A stretch of 48,687 nt of DNA from a virus (IMGVR_UViG_3300037467_001959:1-48687); one strand, 5' to 3'; shown: positions 27,518-37,914, numbered from the stretch's first letter. Translations and numbers: made by a program. The notes: generated from the letters alone by a model not told the origin.

Positions 27518-28197
27518 TGTACCGCGTCCCGCTCAAGGCCGCCGTCGTCGAGGCGCTGGAGTCGGTCTTCACCGACGCCCACCCGAACCCTGACTTCCGG
27601 GGCGACAACAAGCCCCTGGTGTCCATCGAATACCCGGTGGAGCAGTCCCACTACCCCGGGATCTGGGTGCAGTACGCCGACGACGCCGAGCTGAGCATCG
27701 CCGGGATCGGGCACGTCGAGCAGACCGTGGACGAGGTCAACGACCGGGTCATCTCGTGCAGCCGCTGGACCTTCTCCGGGTCGGTGACAATGACCATCGT
27801 CGCGCTGTCGAGCTACGAGCGGGATCGGCTCTTCGACGAAGTCGTCCGGGCGTTCGTCGGCGCACGGTTCAACCCGGCCCTGGCCACCTTCCGGGACAAG
27901 ATCGAGAGCAATGACCTGATCGCGGTCAACGCGAACTTCGATGACCTCGAACCGCTGGGCGACGCCACGCCGATGGGCACGCCCTGGGGTACCGACGAGA
28001 TCATCTACGAGATCTCCTGCCGGTTCGACGTGCGTGGGGAGTTCCTGACCGACCAGCTCAACACCGAGCTGGTGCCGCTGGCCAAGGTCACCTTCATCGA
28101 CTACGTGGAAGGCAGCCCCGAGCCGCCGTGGCCCGGCCCCGGCTCGCCGACGGCGCCGGGCACCCCGGGCAACTGGGACCGCACGAACTGGACCTGA
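27517..28197 (+). CDS. Putative tail terminator
   Basis: TGATG overlap with GAGGAGG RBS; IEYP....YPGIWV, ALSSYERDRLFD; directly upstream of the sheath. Confidence 0.6.
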   Translation: MYRVPLKAAVVEALESVFTDAHPNPDFRGDNKPLVSIEYPVEQSHYPGIWVQYADDAELSIAGIGHVEQTVDEVNDRVISCSRWTFSGSVTMTIVALSSYERDRLFDEVVRAFVGARFNPALATFRDKIESNDLIAVNANFDDLEPLGDATPMGTPWGTDEIIYEISCRFDVRGEFLTDQLNTELVPLAKVTFIDYVEGSPEPPWPGPGSPTAPGTPGNWDRTNWT

Positions 28198-28201
28198 TCA
28201 T

Positions 28202-28237
28202 CCTGTCAGCTCCCCGGGGGCCCAGCCCAACTGACGA
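28202..28237 (+). promoter_or_regulatory. Putative phage late-promoter motif for the tail operon
   Basis: CCTGTC-N19-CCAA-CTGA-CGA. Confidence 0.7.
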
Positions 28238-28264
28238 ACGAGCACCTGCTGCCCGGAGGGGTCG

Positions 28265-29776
28265 ATGACCGCATCGCTGGACTTCAGCCAATACCGCCAC
28301 CCCGGCGTGTACGTGGACGCGGGTCAGAGCCCCACGATCGCCACCGCTGGGGTCGCGCCGACCGTCGTCTGCATCATCGGGTCCGGCGTCGGCTACAACA
28401 CCTTCACCGAGACGATCAGCTTCGCCGACGTGTCGTCGGTCCAGCTGACGAAGCGCGGGATCAACCCGGCCTCGATCCAGGTGCGCGGGTACGTCTCGGA
28501 CCCCAACGCGACCGGCCAGAGCATCCCGTACCTGTTCCAGGCCGACGACGGCTCGACCACCCACGACTACTCGGTCACCACGAACACCACGGGCGGCACG
28601 GCAAACTCGACCAACACGATCGCCAAGTCCAGCGGCGGCAAGATCGAGAGTGCCTACCCGCAGGTCACGGTGACCTACCAGTACACCGACGCCAGCTACC
28701 ACGCGCTGAACTTCTTCGAGGACTACACCTCGATCGTCGAGACCTACGGCCCGGCCCTGGATCCGACCACCGGCGCGCTCGCCAGCCCGATCACCTTCGC
28801 CGCCGGGGTCGCCATCCTCAACGGCGCGAACCAGATCTACGCCATCGCCCTCGACCCGGCGACCGGCACCGTGGCCCAGCAGTTCTCCGACGCCTACCAG
28901 ACGCTGTCGGCGAACAACATCAACGTGAACCTGGTGGTTCCCCTGTTCGACGGGGTAACCGACCAGGCAGCCCTGGGCGGCATGCTCGCGACGCTGAACG
29001 CGGCGCTGGCGGCCGACGCCAACAAGGGCATCCTGCGGATGGCCATCACTGGGCTCGACCAGAGCTACGTGGGCTCGATCGCGAACGTGGCCGCGCTGGC
29101 CACCGGCATCAGCTCGTCCCGGATCATCCTGGCCTACCCGAACCAGCTGGAGTACTACAACGGCGTCCTGAACCAGACGGTCACGGTCGACGGCTTCTAC
29201 CTCGCGGCCGCCTACGCCGGGGTGATCTCGCGCCAGGACATCCAGATGCCGCTGACGCACAAGACCGTCCAGGGCTTCTCGGCCATCACGGCCTCGGTGC
29301 TCAAGACCCTCACGCCGACGAACAAGGACACCCTGGCCAAGGGCGGCGTGGCCGTCGTCGAGCCGGACCGGGCCGGGCGGCTGCGGGTGCGGCACGGCGT
29401 CACCACCGACTTCGGCGGAGGCATCCTCACCCGGGAGATCTCGCTGGTCCGGGTGCAGGACGGGCTCTACAACCTGCTCCAGGACACCATGGAGAACTCG
29501 GGCCTGATCGGCATCCCGATCACCGACTCGACCGCGCTCCAGGTCAAGAGCGTCGTCGCGGGCGCGCTGGAGACCGCGAAGAACACCAACGGCCTGATCA
29601 TCGACTACAACTCGCTGGCCGTGCGCCAGCAGAGTCCGCCATCCGGCGACCCGACGGTGATCGACGTGCGCTTCGCGTACCGGCCGCCCTGGCCTCTGAA
29701 CTACATCCTGGTCAGCTTCACCGTCGACACCTCGAACGCGGACAGCGTGTCGAACCTGAACCAGACCCTGACCTGA
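28265..29776 (+). CDS. Contractile tail sheath protein
   Basis: YRHPGVYV N-terminus; AAAYAG, PLTHKTVQGF, RVRHGVTT, REISLVRVQD and PLNYILVSF. Confidence 0.92.
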   Translation: MTASLDFSQYRHPGVYVDAGQSPTIATAGVAPTVVCIIGSGVGYNTFTETISFADVSSVQLTKRGINPASIQVRGYVSDPNATGQSIPYLFQADDGSTTHDYSVTTNTTGGTANSTNTIAKSSGGKIESAYPQVTVTYQYTDASYHALNFFEDYTSIVETYGPALDPTTGALASPITFAAGVAILNGANQIYAIALDPATGTVAQQFSDAYQTLSANNINVNLVVPLFDGVTDQAALGGMLATLNAALAADANKGILRMAITGLDQSYVGSIANVAALATGISSSRIILAYPNQLEYYNGVLNQTVTVDGFYLAAAYAGVISRQDIQMPLTHKTVQGFSAITASVLKTLTPTNKDTLAKGGVAVVEPDRAGRLRVRHGVTTDFGGGILTREISLVRVQDGLYNLLQDTMENSGLIGIPITDSTALQVKSVVAGALETAKNTNGLIIDYNSLAVRQQSPPSGDPTVIDVRFAYRPPWPLNYILVSFTVDTSNADSVSNLNQTLT

Positions 29777-29807
29777 TCGCCCGACCAGCCTGAAAGGGGC
29801 CTGGAGC

Positions 29808-30296
29808 ATGCCCGACACCAAGGTCCGAGTCGTCGGCTCGGGTTTCTCGACCTTCAACTACCGGGGCCAGCCGATCGCCTTCCTGGAAGGCGTGGAGGAC
29901 TCCGGCCAGCGCGCCTTCTCCGACGCGGGCCAGAGCTACCAGTTCATCCACCCGCTGGGCGCCCGGCACCCGGTCGAGATCGCGACCTCGCGCGTGCTCG
30001 CGGGCGGCACGCTGAACCTCACCATCCGCGAGCTGTGGGACGGCCCGATCTGGAACCAGCTGGCCGGGCTCGGCGGCGCCCAGAACATCGTCGACATCTA
30101 CGAGATCCTGGCCAACGACCCGAGTTATGTGACCTGTCAGACGATCATCCAGCCGCCCGGCGGTCGCCGTCCGCGCGGGAAGGTCTACCACAACTGCGTC
30201 GTCGTCGACATCGCCGACAACGACACGATCACCGTGGGCGCGCTGGCCGTCGCCAAGGGCATCGTCGTGGCCTATACCCACAGCACCGCGCTCTGA
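29808..30296 (+). CDS. Tail tube protein
   Basis: 162 aa after the sheath; IHPLG.RHPVEI, GTLNLTIRELW, KVYHNCVV. Confidence 0.85.
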   Translation: MPDTKVRVVGSGFSTFNYRGQPIAFLEGVEDSGQRAFSDAGQSYQFIHPLGARHPVEIATSRVLAGGTLNLTIRELWDGPIWNQLAGLGGAQNIVDIYEILANDPSYVTCQTIIQPPGGRRPRGKVYHNCVVVDIADNDTITVGALAVAKGIVVAYTHSTAL

Positions 30297-30306
30297 GAGG
30301 CTCTCC

Positions 30307-30879
30307 ATGCCCGACCTCTTCGCCGACGAGGCGGCCGCCTCAGCGGCCTTCCAGCTGCCTCCGGACCCCCAGGAGGAGCTGGCGGCCCTCGCGGGCGCTC
30401 CGGCCTTCCCTGGGCCGGATGAGCGCCCGGAACAGGCCCAGAAAGAGCCGGAGCCCGAGGGCATCGAGGAAGACCTCCCCGAGTTCGATCCCGCGTACCG
30501 GCAGCCGTTCAAGGGCCTGCTGTACGTCGGCGCGCTGACGAAGTCCTTCGAGCTGTTCGGCCACCACTTCACAATCGCCACCCCGACGCAGACCGAGCGG
30601 CTCCAGATCGGCCAGGTCATCGAGCCCTTCCAGAACACGTTCACCGCCGAGATCGCCTACCAGACCGCGCTGGTGGCCGCCTACCTCGTGGACATCGACG
30701 GGACGAAGCTGCCCGAGCCGGTGGTGAGCAACCCGAAGGAGACGGCGCTGCACGACCGGTTCCGCTGGGTCTCGGAGAACCTCCGGCGCCCCGTGCTGGA
30801 CCGGATCTTCGACGAGTGCCTGAAGCTCGACCGTCAGGTGGACGACGTGCTGGCGGCCATGGGAAAAGCGTCGGGCTGA
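30307..30879 (+). CDS. Tail assembly chaperone (short form)
   Basis: Between tube and tape measure; ends MGKASG over a G GGA AAA slippery site. Confidence 0.85.
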   Translation: MPDLFADEAAASAAFQLPPDPQEELAALAGAPAFPGPDERPEQAQKEPEPEGIEEDLPEFDPAYRQPFKGLLYVGALTKSFELFGHHFTIATPTQTERLQIGQVIEPFQNTFTAEIAYQTALVAAYLVDIDGTKLPEPVVSNPKETALHDRFRWVSENLRRPVLDRIFDECLKLDRQVDDVLAAMGKASG

Positions 30880-31328
30880 CCGAGGTCGACCCGTGGCTGG
30901 CGGGAGAACTGCGGTTGGCCCAACGTCAGGGCCTGCTGACCGGCCGCCACCTGTCCGACGTGCAGGCCAACTCGATCGTGATCCTCGACTGGATTGACCG
31001 GCTCGGCGGCTTCCGGCGCGACGCCGAGCGCGAGCTGCTCATCGTCAAGGCCGCGCTGGTCGCGCGCAACGAGCCCGAGCGCTTCATGCCGGAGACCCTG
31101 TTCGCCGATTGGTTCAAGACCCCAACTGATGACGAAGATCCCGAGTCGCTCGACGTCGAGAACGAGCAGGGCAAGCTCGGCGTGGACTACTCGGGAGTGC
31201 AGTTCAAGGGCAGCGAGGCCATGGCGGAGTACCAGGAGCTGATGCGCCAGCTCGGCAGCATGACCTCGGGGTCCTTCAGCGGCACGGAACTGCGCATCGC
31301 CGGAGGAGAAGACGGGGGGTGGCTCTAG
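30307..31328 (+). CDS. Tail assembly chaperone (long, -1 frameshifted form)
   Basis: -1 frame continues SVGLTEVDPWLAGELRLA... to the stop directly before the tape measure gene. Confidence 0.8.
30861..30867 (+). other. -1 programmed frameshift slippery heptamer G GGA AAA
   Basis: X XXY YYZ pattern in frame; the -1 frame stays open to 31328. Confidence 0.85.
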
Positions 31329-33794
31329 GTGCCGAAGAAGAACCGCAGCGGCGGCGACTCGACGCCGCCCGGCCGCCCCCGGCAGTCCACCTCCGCCGAC
31401 GAGATGCTGGCCCAGGGCCGGATTCCGCTGGGCCCCCAGGGCCAGTCCGGTCACGACCCGCTGAAGGTCCAGCTGGTCTCCGGTGACAAGGATTTCTTCG
31501 AGGCGCTCAAGCAGACGCTGGGCACCGGCACGGGTGCGGCGACCGGGACGAACGAGCAGTTCCAGGCGGTGCTGAACTCCACCGAGGCGATGCAGCAGGC
31601 GGCGCGCGAGATCACCTCGGAGCTGAAGACCTCGGTGGCGATGATGCGCGACCTCCAGGTCAGCTCCACCGAGACCCTGAACCGGATGACCGAGCAGACC
31701 GCCCGAGACCGGCAGACCGACCGAGACCAGATGGATACCCTGATCCAGCTGCTGGCCAACGGCGGCCTGGGCGGCGGTGGCGGAGGACACGGCCACGGCG
31801 GGGGCGGCCACGGAGGCGGGTACTACGACCCGGCCAGCGGCGGCTTCACCTCCTACGGCGGCATCGGCAGCCGGATGAACGCGCGATTGGCGAACGCCAT
31901 CCACCAGAACTACGGCACGCCCTCGCTGGGCCAGCACGCCAGCGCGCACACCGCGCGCAACGCCGCGATGATGAGCCGGGCCGCCGGGGCGCTCGCGCAC
32001 GGCGGCATCGGCGCGGGCCTGCGGCGGGTGCCCTACATCGGCGCCGCTATCACGGCGGCCGAGGGCATCAACGACGCCGCCGAGTGGCTCACCAACGAGC
32101 GCGCGAAGAACGCCCGGTACCAGAGCGTGCTGGGCGGCTCGAACAACTCCATGGACAACCGGGGCAACCCGGTGACCTCCGTGGGCGGCCTGATCGGCGA
32201 CCTCTCCGAGTTCTTCTCCGGCCAGTCCTCCGCCTCGACCTCCGGGCTCGGCAACCGGATGGCCGAGGAGGGCTACGTGATGGGCCAGCGGTTCTCCTCC
32301 GGCGGGTTCGATGAGGAGAGCGCCCGGCAGCTGTTCCAGGGCGTCACGAGCCTGGGCTACACCGGCGACCGCCGGGCGGGCGCGCTGGACTTCGCCAGCG
32401 CGAACTACCGCACCATGGGCATGGGCCAGGACGAGTCCATGCAGCTGATCGCGCTGTCGGCGAAGTACGCCCAGTCCAGCCTCCAGGGCCTCTCCCGCGA
32501 GCTTCAGAACGTCACCAAGACCGCCGTGCGCACCGGCCAGTCCGCCCAGGTGATGCGGCAGGCCTTCGCCGAGACGTACTCCGCCGCGCTCCAGGCATCC
32601 GGCGGCGCCGGGTCCGGCGCGCTGGCCGAGGCCGCCACTAACATGGTGGGCTCCGGCGGGCGGCTGCTGGCGGGCGCGAACCCGCTCTCGGTGCTGAACG
32701 ACCCGACCTCGAAGTACCAGATGGCGGCGGCCATGGGGATGACCCCGAGCCAGCTGGAGGCGGCCGGACAGACGAACCCAGGCTTGACCATGCAGGCGCT
32801 GGGGAAGCGCTCGGACATGTACATGCGCTCGCTGGGCCAGGGCAACCTGAGCAACCTGAACAACCTGATCGACCAGCAGGGCGGGCGGCAGAAGGTCGCC
32901 GGGGACTCGAACCTGATGGCCAACGTGGCGAGCAGCCTGATGGCCAGCAACGGCTACGACATCACGGTGGCACGCAACATCGTGAGCCAGATCGACCCGA
33001 GCATGGCCAACGCCAGCGACTCGGCGATCGCGCAGTACATCGTGAACTACCAGACCGGGAACAACCCCGGAAGCCAGGCCGCCGGGCTCCAGGACTCGAT
33101 GACGCCGAAGAACATCTCGGCGGGCGACCGCGCGGCGAAGAAGGGCGATCAGAAGGACAACGCGGGCAGCCAGGGCAGCGGCTGGGGTGGTTTCGCGTGG
33201 CAGCAACACCTGCGCGGGCAGGGGATGCAGGACGACGCGGGCATGTGGTCAAACCTGTTCAACGGCGACCAGACGAATCAGGGCTACACACTCCAGATCA
33301 ACTCCGACTACTACAACGAGCTGACCAAGGGCACCGGCAAGTCGGACCCGGTGATCGAGAAGCTGATCTCCGAGTACGGCAGCGACCCGAACATCCGTTT
33401 CAAGGTCAAGACGAAGAACGGCGACAAGGCGGTCACCTTCGGCGAGGCCATCCGCAACTTCTCCGACCAACTGTCCTCGGGACAGGCGTCCATCGTTTCG
33501 TCCAATAAGGACCTGAACAACCGTCAGGTCAAGGACATCGCCGGAAGCACGGGCGCGCGCGTCACCTCCGATCAGAACGACTGGCAGGGCTCGGACTACG
33601 ACAAGGTGGCCTCCGAGATCGGCGCGGGCACCGCTGACGACGGCGCGAAGGAGAACACCGGCGGCGGCTCGATCACGCTCTCGCTCTCCCCCGAGGCGCA
33701 GCGGCTGTTCCAGGTCAACACGACCGGCAACGTGGACCTGGACAACTCCGCCGCCGCCGGGCGCCCATCCCCACAGTCGACGGGACCGAAGTGA
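31329..33794 (+). CDS. Tape measure protein (821 aa)
   Basis: Long A/G/Q/S/M-rich helical protein after the chaperones. Confidence 0.85.
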   Translation: MPKKNRSGGDSTPPGRPRQSTSADEMLAQGRIPLGPQGQSGHDPLKVQLVSGDKDFFEALKQTLGTGTGAATGTNEQFQAVLNSTEAMQQAAREITSELKTSVAMMRDLQVSSTETLNRMTEQTARDRQTDRDQMDTLIQLLANGGLGGGGGGHGHGGGGHGGGYYDPASGGFTSYGGIGSRMNARLANAIHQNYGTPSLGQHASAHTARNAAMMSRAAGALAHGGIGAGLRRVPYIGAAITAAEGINDAAEWLTNERAKNARYQSVLGGSNNSMDNRGNPVTSVGGLIGDLSEFFSGQSSASTSGLGNRMAEEGYVMGQRFSSGGFDEESARQLFQGVTSLGYTGDRRAGALDFASANYRTMGMGQDESMQLIALSAKYAQSSLQGLSRELQNVTKTAVRTGQSAQVMRQAFAETYSAALQASGGAGSGALAEAATNMVGSGGRLLAGANPLSVLNDPTSKYQMAAAMGMTPSQLEAAGQTNPGLTMQALGKRSDMYMRSLGQGNLSNLNNLIDQQGGRQKVAGDSNLMANVASSLMASNGYDITVARNIVSQIDPSMANASDSAIAQYIVNYQTGNNPGSQAAGLQDSMTPKNISAGDRAAKKGDQKDNAGSQGSGWGGFAWQQHLRGQGMQDDAGMWSNLFNGDQTNQGYTLQINSDYYNELTKGTGKSDPVIEKLISEYGSDPNIRFKVKTKNGDKAVTFGEAIRNFSDQLSSGQASIVSSNKDLNNRQVKDIAGSTGARVTSDQNDWQGSDYDKVASEIGAGTADDGAKENTGGGSITLSLSPEAQRLFQVNTTGNVDLDNSAAAGRPSPQSTGPK

Positions 33795-34516
33795 TGGGCA
33801 GCGCGAGCCTCGGCGGCATCCGGTTCCGGATCGATCCCTCTCAGGTGTCGATCCCCTACAAGATGAACGTCGCCGTCACCCAGACCGTCGGCGGCCGCGT
33901 CGTGCAGGTGCACGGCGTGACCTTCGGCGACATGACCATCCGGGGTCTCTTCGGCCAGGATCGGGCGAACCGCCGCGAGTCCTGGCAGCTGGCCGAAGAC
34001 TTTTCCACAGCTGTGGGCAAGCTTGTGGACAAGCAGAGCGCCCGGCCGACGATGGCCCAGCTGACCGGCACCGACCCGACGCCAATGCACCCCACGCTGC
34101 GCTTCCTCTACAACGACGAAAGCAGTCCGTCCCGGCGCGGCCTGCCGGTGCACGACTGGGACTTCAACGTCTATATCAAGAGCCTGCGCGAAATCGAGGG
34201 CGAGTCGACGGTGTCGCACACCACCGGCAAGTTCTCCTACGGCTACACGCTGACGCTGTTCATCGTGCAGGACAACACCGGCAAGCTCGCGCAGGTGGCC
34301 CAGAACGCCTTTATCGACCGGCTCTCGAAGGGGCTGGGCTGGAAGCGCGGGCCGTACAACGGCCTCATGACGGCGGCCGACCTGGCGAGCTACCTCCAGA
34401 GCAAGGGCGCGGCCGACATCCACAGCTACGTCCTCCAGCAGTACCAGAACTCGGTCACCGGCACGATCCCCGGCGCGAGTGCGCAGAGCGGCCAAGGCCA
34501 GCAGGGAGGAAGCTGA
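33791..34516 (+). CDS. Tail tube initiator/baseplate-associated protein
   Basis: FRIDPSQVSIPY...QTVGGRVVQV...GDMTIRG tube-like fold; follows the tape measure. Confidence 0.65.
   Translation: MMGSASLGGIRFRIDPSQVSIPYKMNVAVTQTVGGRVVQVHGVTFGDMTIRGLFGQDRANRRESWQLAEDFSTAVGKLVDKQSARPTMAQLTGTDPTPMHPTLRFLYNDESSPSRRGLPVHDWDFNVYIKSLREIEGESTVSHTTGKFSYGYTLTLFIVQDNTGKLAQVAQNAFIDRLSKGLGWKRGPYNGLMTAADLASYLQSKGAADIHSYVLQQYQNSVTGTIPGASAQSGQGQQGGS
34001..34032. promoter_or_regulatory. Cluster of three DnaA-box-like 9-mers within a CDS
   Basis: TTTTCCACA (+, 34001), TTGCCCACA (-, 34012-34020), TTGTCCACA (-, 34024-34032). Confidence 0.5.
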
Positions 34517-34710
34517 TGGATAGCAACGGTTCCTGGGGATCCGACGCGATCGTCTCCCTGCCGGTCCCGCCCGCCGAGACGCCGGTGCGCCCGGCGGCTG
34601 CCGGGTTCGCCTTCTCGCGCTTCGGTCTCGTGCACGACCTCACCCAGTCCGATTTGGAGACCTACCTCTACCCGACGTTCTCCCCGCTGGACACGCCGGA
34701 GCGTGAGTGA
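34516..34710 (+). CDS. Small hypothetical tail protein (64 aa)
   Basis: GGAGG RBS; coupled at both ends. Confidence 0.6.
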   Translation: MDSNGSWGSDAIVSLPVPPAETPVRPAAAGFAFSRFGLVHDLTQSDLETYLYPTFSPLDTPERE

Positions 34711-35318
34711 TGCCCACTCAGGTCGTCGGCACCCAGACCAACTGCACGCTCTCGTACAGCAAGAGCGGGGTGAACTACGCTTTCAAAACGTGGGCTTACG
34801 GTGTGTCGCATGGGTTTTCGGTGATCGCCACCGAATCTGCCGCGCGCAAAAACCGCGCCTTCTATCCACACCAGCGCGCCGTCGACCCGTTCTCGGTGAC
34901 GTTCCTGATGAAGGGCTATCCGCAACTCAGGCTGCTGAACAGGTACCTCATGGGCTACATGCTCGCGGTGGTCGACACCGGCTCAGTGGCCATGACGGTG
35001 AACATCCCGGCACGCAACTTCCTGCGCCAGGGCGTGCCGACCGGCGGCGTGGCTGACCAGGATCAGACCGGCTCGATGCTGTTCATGCCCCAGATCACCT
35101 TCGACTCGGTGACCGATCCGCTGGACACCAGCGCCCCGGCGGTCTCCGGCGTCGTCCTGGGCTCGACGGCGGCCGATGACGCGGCGAAGTTCTTCTACCC
35201 GGCCTCGGCGAGCACGAACGACCCGAACGCCACCGGCAACTCGTTCTACGACGCCGCGCCCACCCTGGTCCCGACCCCGGCAACCGACGTCACTTCGCCA
35301 GTGCACGGGCCGAGGTGA
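34707..35318 (+). CDS. Minor tail/baseplate protein
   Basis: GTGA overlap; position in the baseplate cluster. Confidence 0.65.
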   Translation: MMPTQVVGTQTNCTLSYSKSGVNYAFKTWAYGVSHGFSVIATESAARKNRAFYPHQRAVDPFSVTFLMKGYPQLRLLNRYLMGYMLAVVDTGSVAMTVNIPARNFLRQGVPTGGVADQDQTGSMLFMPQITFDSVTDPLDTSAPAVSGVVLGSTAADDAAKFFYPASASTNDPNATGNSFYDAAPTLVPTPATDVTSPVHGPR

Positions 35319-35322
35319 TCGC

Positions 35323-37914
35323 ATGTCGACGCTGATCTACCAACCCCGGGTCTACGCCTTCATCTCGGTAATCAACAAGAAGGGCGCCGAGCAGGTCATC
35401 GACATCTCCGAGGATCTCACCGGCGGCGACATGAAGCTGCGCACCGAGGGCGTGCACACCTTCACCTTTCAGCTCCAGAACACCCAGCGGAAGTACGACG
35501 GGCTGATCCGCCCGATGGACCGGATCGTCGTCTCGATGCAGCGCATCGGCGCACCGCTACGGGTGTTCTCCGGGTACATGAACAACGGCCCGGTCTTCTC
35601 CGTCTGGCCGCGCGTACTCGACCTCTCGGCCAGCTGCACCCTCAAGCGGCTCCAGTACTGGTACTGGGACTCCGGCGCCCAGGAGTCGGCGAACCTGATC
35701 CAGAAGGTCGGCTCGGCCACGGCGGGCATCGCCAGCGACCAACAGGCGAACGCCGGTCAGCCCACCGGCGACGGCGGGATGCGGGATCTCACGCTGAGCA
35801 TCTTGGAGGAGGTGGTGCGCTGGCCGAAAGAGAAGGTCCACATCGGAGCGATCCCGGACGACTGGTTCACCTTCGCCACCCAGGTCGGCGACGAGATCAT
35901 CAAGGCCAGTGACTACTCGAACCTCATCGGCTCGATGGGCAACGGGCTCTCTGGCGGCTCGGGGCTCTCGGGCGGCAGCCTGGCACACGGTCAGGTCGGG
36001 CCGGGCACCTACGGCGGGATGGCGCTCGACGCCGACCAGGCGAAGAACGCCTCGATCATCTACAACGTGGCCGCCGATCGCGGGCTGGAGCCGCGCGCTG
36101 CCGCCCAGGGCATCGCGACCGGCATCGTGGAGTCCCGGCTGAAGAACCTCTCCGGCGGCGACCGCGACTCGGTGGGTGTCTTCCAGCAGCGGCCCAGCCA
36201 GGGCTGGGGCACCGTGGCGGAGTGCACGGACGTCGCGCACGCGGCGGGCAGCTTCTTCGACCGGCTGGTGAAGGTCCCGAACTACAAGACCGCCGACTTC
36301 GGGCTGACCTGCCAGGCCGTCCAGCGCAGTGCTTTCCCGGATCGCTACGCCAAGCAGCAGGCGCCCGCCGAAGCGATCGTAACGGCGATCCGGAACACCT
36401 CGACCGAGGCGGGCAACGCTATCGTCGGCTCGGGCGCGGGCAACACGATCGGCTCGTCGACCGCCGTCGGTAAGCCGCAGGGCGCCACCGGCCGGAACGT
36501 GGCCGCGCAGGCCTACAACCTGATCAAGAGCAACTCGCCGGGGCACATCCGGTACCAGCTTGGTGGCGATGACCCGTACAACTCGCCGGACCCGAAGGTG
36601 CTCGATTGTTCGTCCTTTGTGGACGTCGCCTACTTCCGGGCGGTCGGCAAGCCCTGGGTCACCCCGCGCTCGACGGTGTCCAGTGAACGACCCAAGTGCA
36701 CGATCATCCCGGCGGACATGGCCAAGCAGATCAAGGGCGCGCTGCTGTTCGTCGGTACCGGTCATGTCGAGGTGTCGCTGGGCAACGGCTACTCCGCCGG
36801 GGCGCACACCGACGGGATCCCGCTGGAGAAGCAGGTCTCGATCGTCAAGGCCAACGGCTTCACCGACGGCGGCCTGATCAGCGGCGTGAACTACTCCGAC
36901 GCGGCCACTACCCCGGCGGCGGCCCAGTTCATCCAGAGCAAGCTGGGCTACTCGGCGAACGTCACCGACCCCAACGAGTTCCAGGCGGACGGCTCGGCGG
37001 TCGACGCCTCGCAGGGCAGCGGCAGCGACACCTCGGCGCTCGACGTGTTCAACGCCTTGATCAACGTCTACAGCTGGGGCTACGTGCCGGACCTGGCCGG
37101 GCAGATCCTGGTGGGCCCGCGCGCACTGATGAACGACCAGCCGATCCTGCCCTTCCTCGGCAACCTCATGGCCGCCTCGATGCGGTCCTGGTGCTCGGCG
37201 CCCAACGGCGACTTCATGGCCTGGTTCCCGGACTACTTCGACCTCTGGGGCATCTCGGCCAAGATGGATGTCCGCTCGATCGAGCTGATGGACTTCACGG
37301 TCACTTGGTCGGACCTCCAGACGGTTACTCATCAGTACGTGATCGGCGTACCGGCCGGTATCACCAACTCGATCAACACCTCCGGGCAGACCTTCGCCAA
37401 CGGCTCGAACAGCGGGTACGCCTGGCAGCTGACCAGTTCGGGCATCGCCAGCATGGAGTTCCCGCAGATCTTCCGGGCGATCTTCGGCCAGGACGCCAGC
37501 CAGCAGTTCCTGGACGAGTTCCTCGGCCGCTTCGGCGCCCGGCCGAACACGGTCACGCTGCCCACGGTCAAGCAGGGCCTGCCGGAGTTCTTCCTGGCCC
37601 TGTTCCTGTTCATGCGCAAGTGGGCCGACCAGTTCTCGGCGAACATCCCGATGACCTGGATGCCCGAGCTGTGGCCCGGCATGATCCTGCGGCTGCCGGA
37701 GTTCAACTTCCAGGCCTACATCACCGAGGTCAACCACAGCTTCAAGCTGGGCGAGGACGGCTACTTCCGGACCAGCGCGAGCGTGTGCGCGCCGAGCCGG
37801 ATCAGCCAGAAGAGCAACGACGTGTTCGGCCTCCTGCCGCTGGGCGGGAAGCGCTACAACGTCGTCCGCCAGGACCTCGAACCAGCCGACAAGACCCCGC
37901 GAGGTGCCTCGTGA
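35323..37914 (+). CDS. Baseplate hub / tail-associated lysin with lysozyme-like and NlpC/P60 domains
   Basis: Hub segments flanking ATGIVES.L.N...GDRDSVGVFQQRPSQGWG (lytic transglycosylase-like) and LDCSSFV...GHVEVS (NlpC/P60); FMPELWPGM-like hub motif; start 35323. Confidence 0.85.
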   Translation: MSTLIYQPRVYAFISVINKKGAEQVIDISEDLTGGDMKLRTEGVHTFTFQLQNTQRKYDGLIRPMDRIVVSMQRIGAPLRVFSGYMNNGPVFSVWPRVLDLSASCTLKRLQYWYWDSGAQESANLIQKVGSATAGIASDQQANAGQPTGDGGMRDLTLSILEEVVRWPKEKVHIGAIPDDWFTFATQVGDEIIKASDYSNLIGSMGNGLSGGSGLSGGSLAHGQVGPGTYGGMALDADQAKNASIIYNVAADRGLEPRAAAQGIATGIVESRLKNLSGGDRDSVGVFQQRPSQGWGTVAECTDVAHAAGSFFDRLVKVPNYKTADFGLTCQAVQRSAFPDRYAKQQAPAEAIVTAIRNTSTEAGNAIVGSGAGNTIGSSTAVGKPQGATGRNVAAQAYNLIKSNSPGHIRYQLGGDDPYNSPDPKVLDCSSFVDVAYFRAVGKPWVTPRSTVSSERPKCTIIPADMAKQIKGALLFVGTGHVEVSLGNGYSAGAHTDGIPLEKQVSIVKANGFTDGGLISGVNYSDAATTPAAAQFIQSKLGYSANVTDPNEFQADGSAVDASQGSGSDTSALDVFNALINVYSWGYVPDLAGQILVGPRALMNDQPILPFLGNLMAASMRSWCSAPNGDFMAWFPDYFDLWGISAKMDVRSIELMDFTVTWSDLQTVTHQYVIGVPAGITNSINTSGQTFANGSNSGYAWQLTSSGIASMEFPQIFRAIFGQDASQQFLDEFLGRFGARPNTVTLPTVKQGLPEFFLALFLFMRKWADQFSANIPMTWMPELWPGMILRLPEFNFQAYITEVNHSFKLGEDGYFRTSASVCAPSRISQKSNDVFGLLPLGGKRYNVVRQDLEPADKTPRGAS

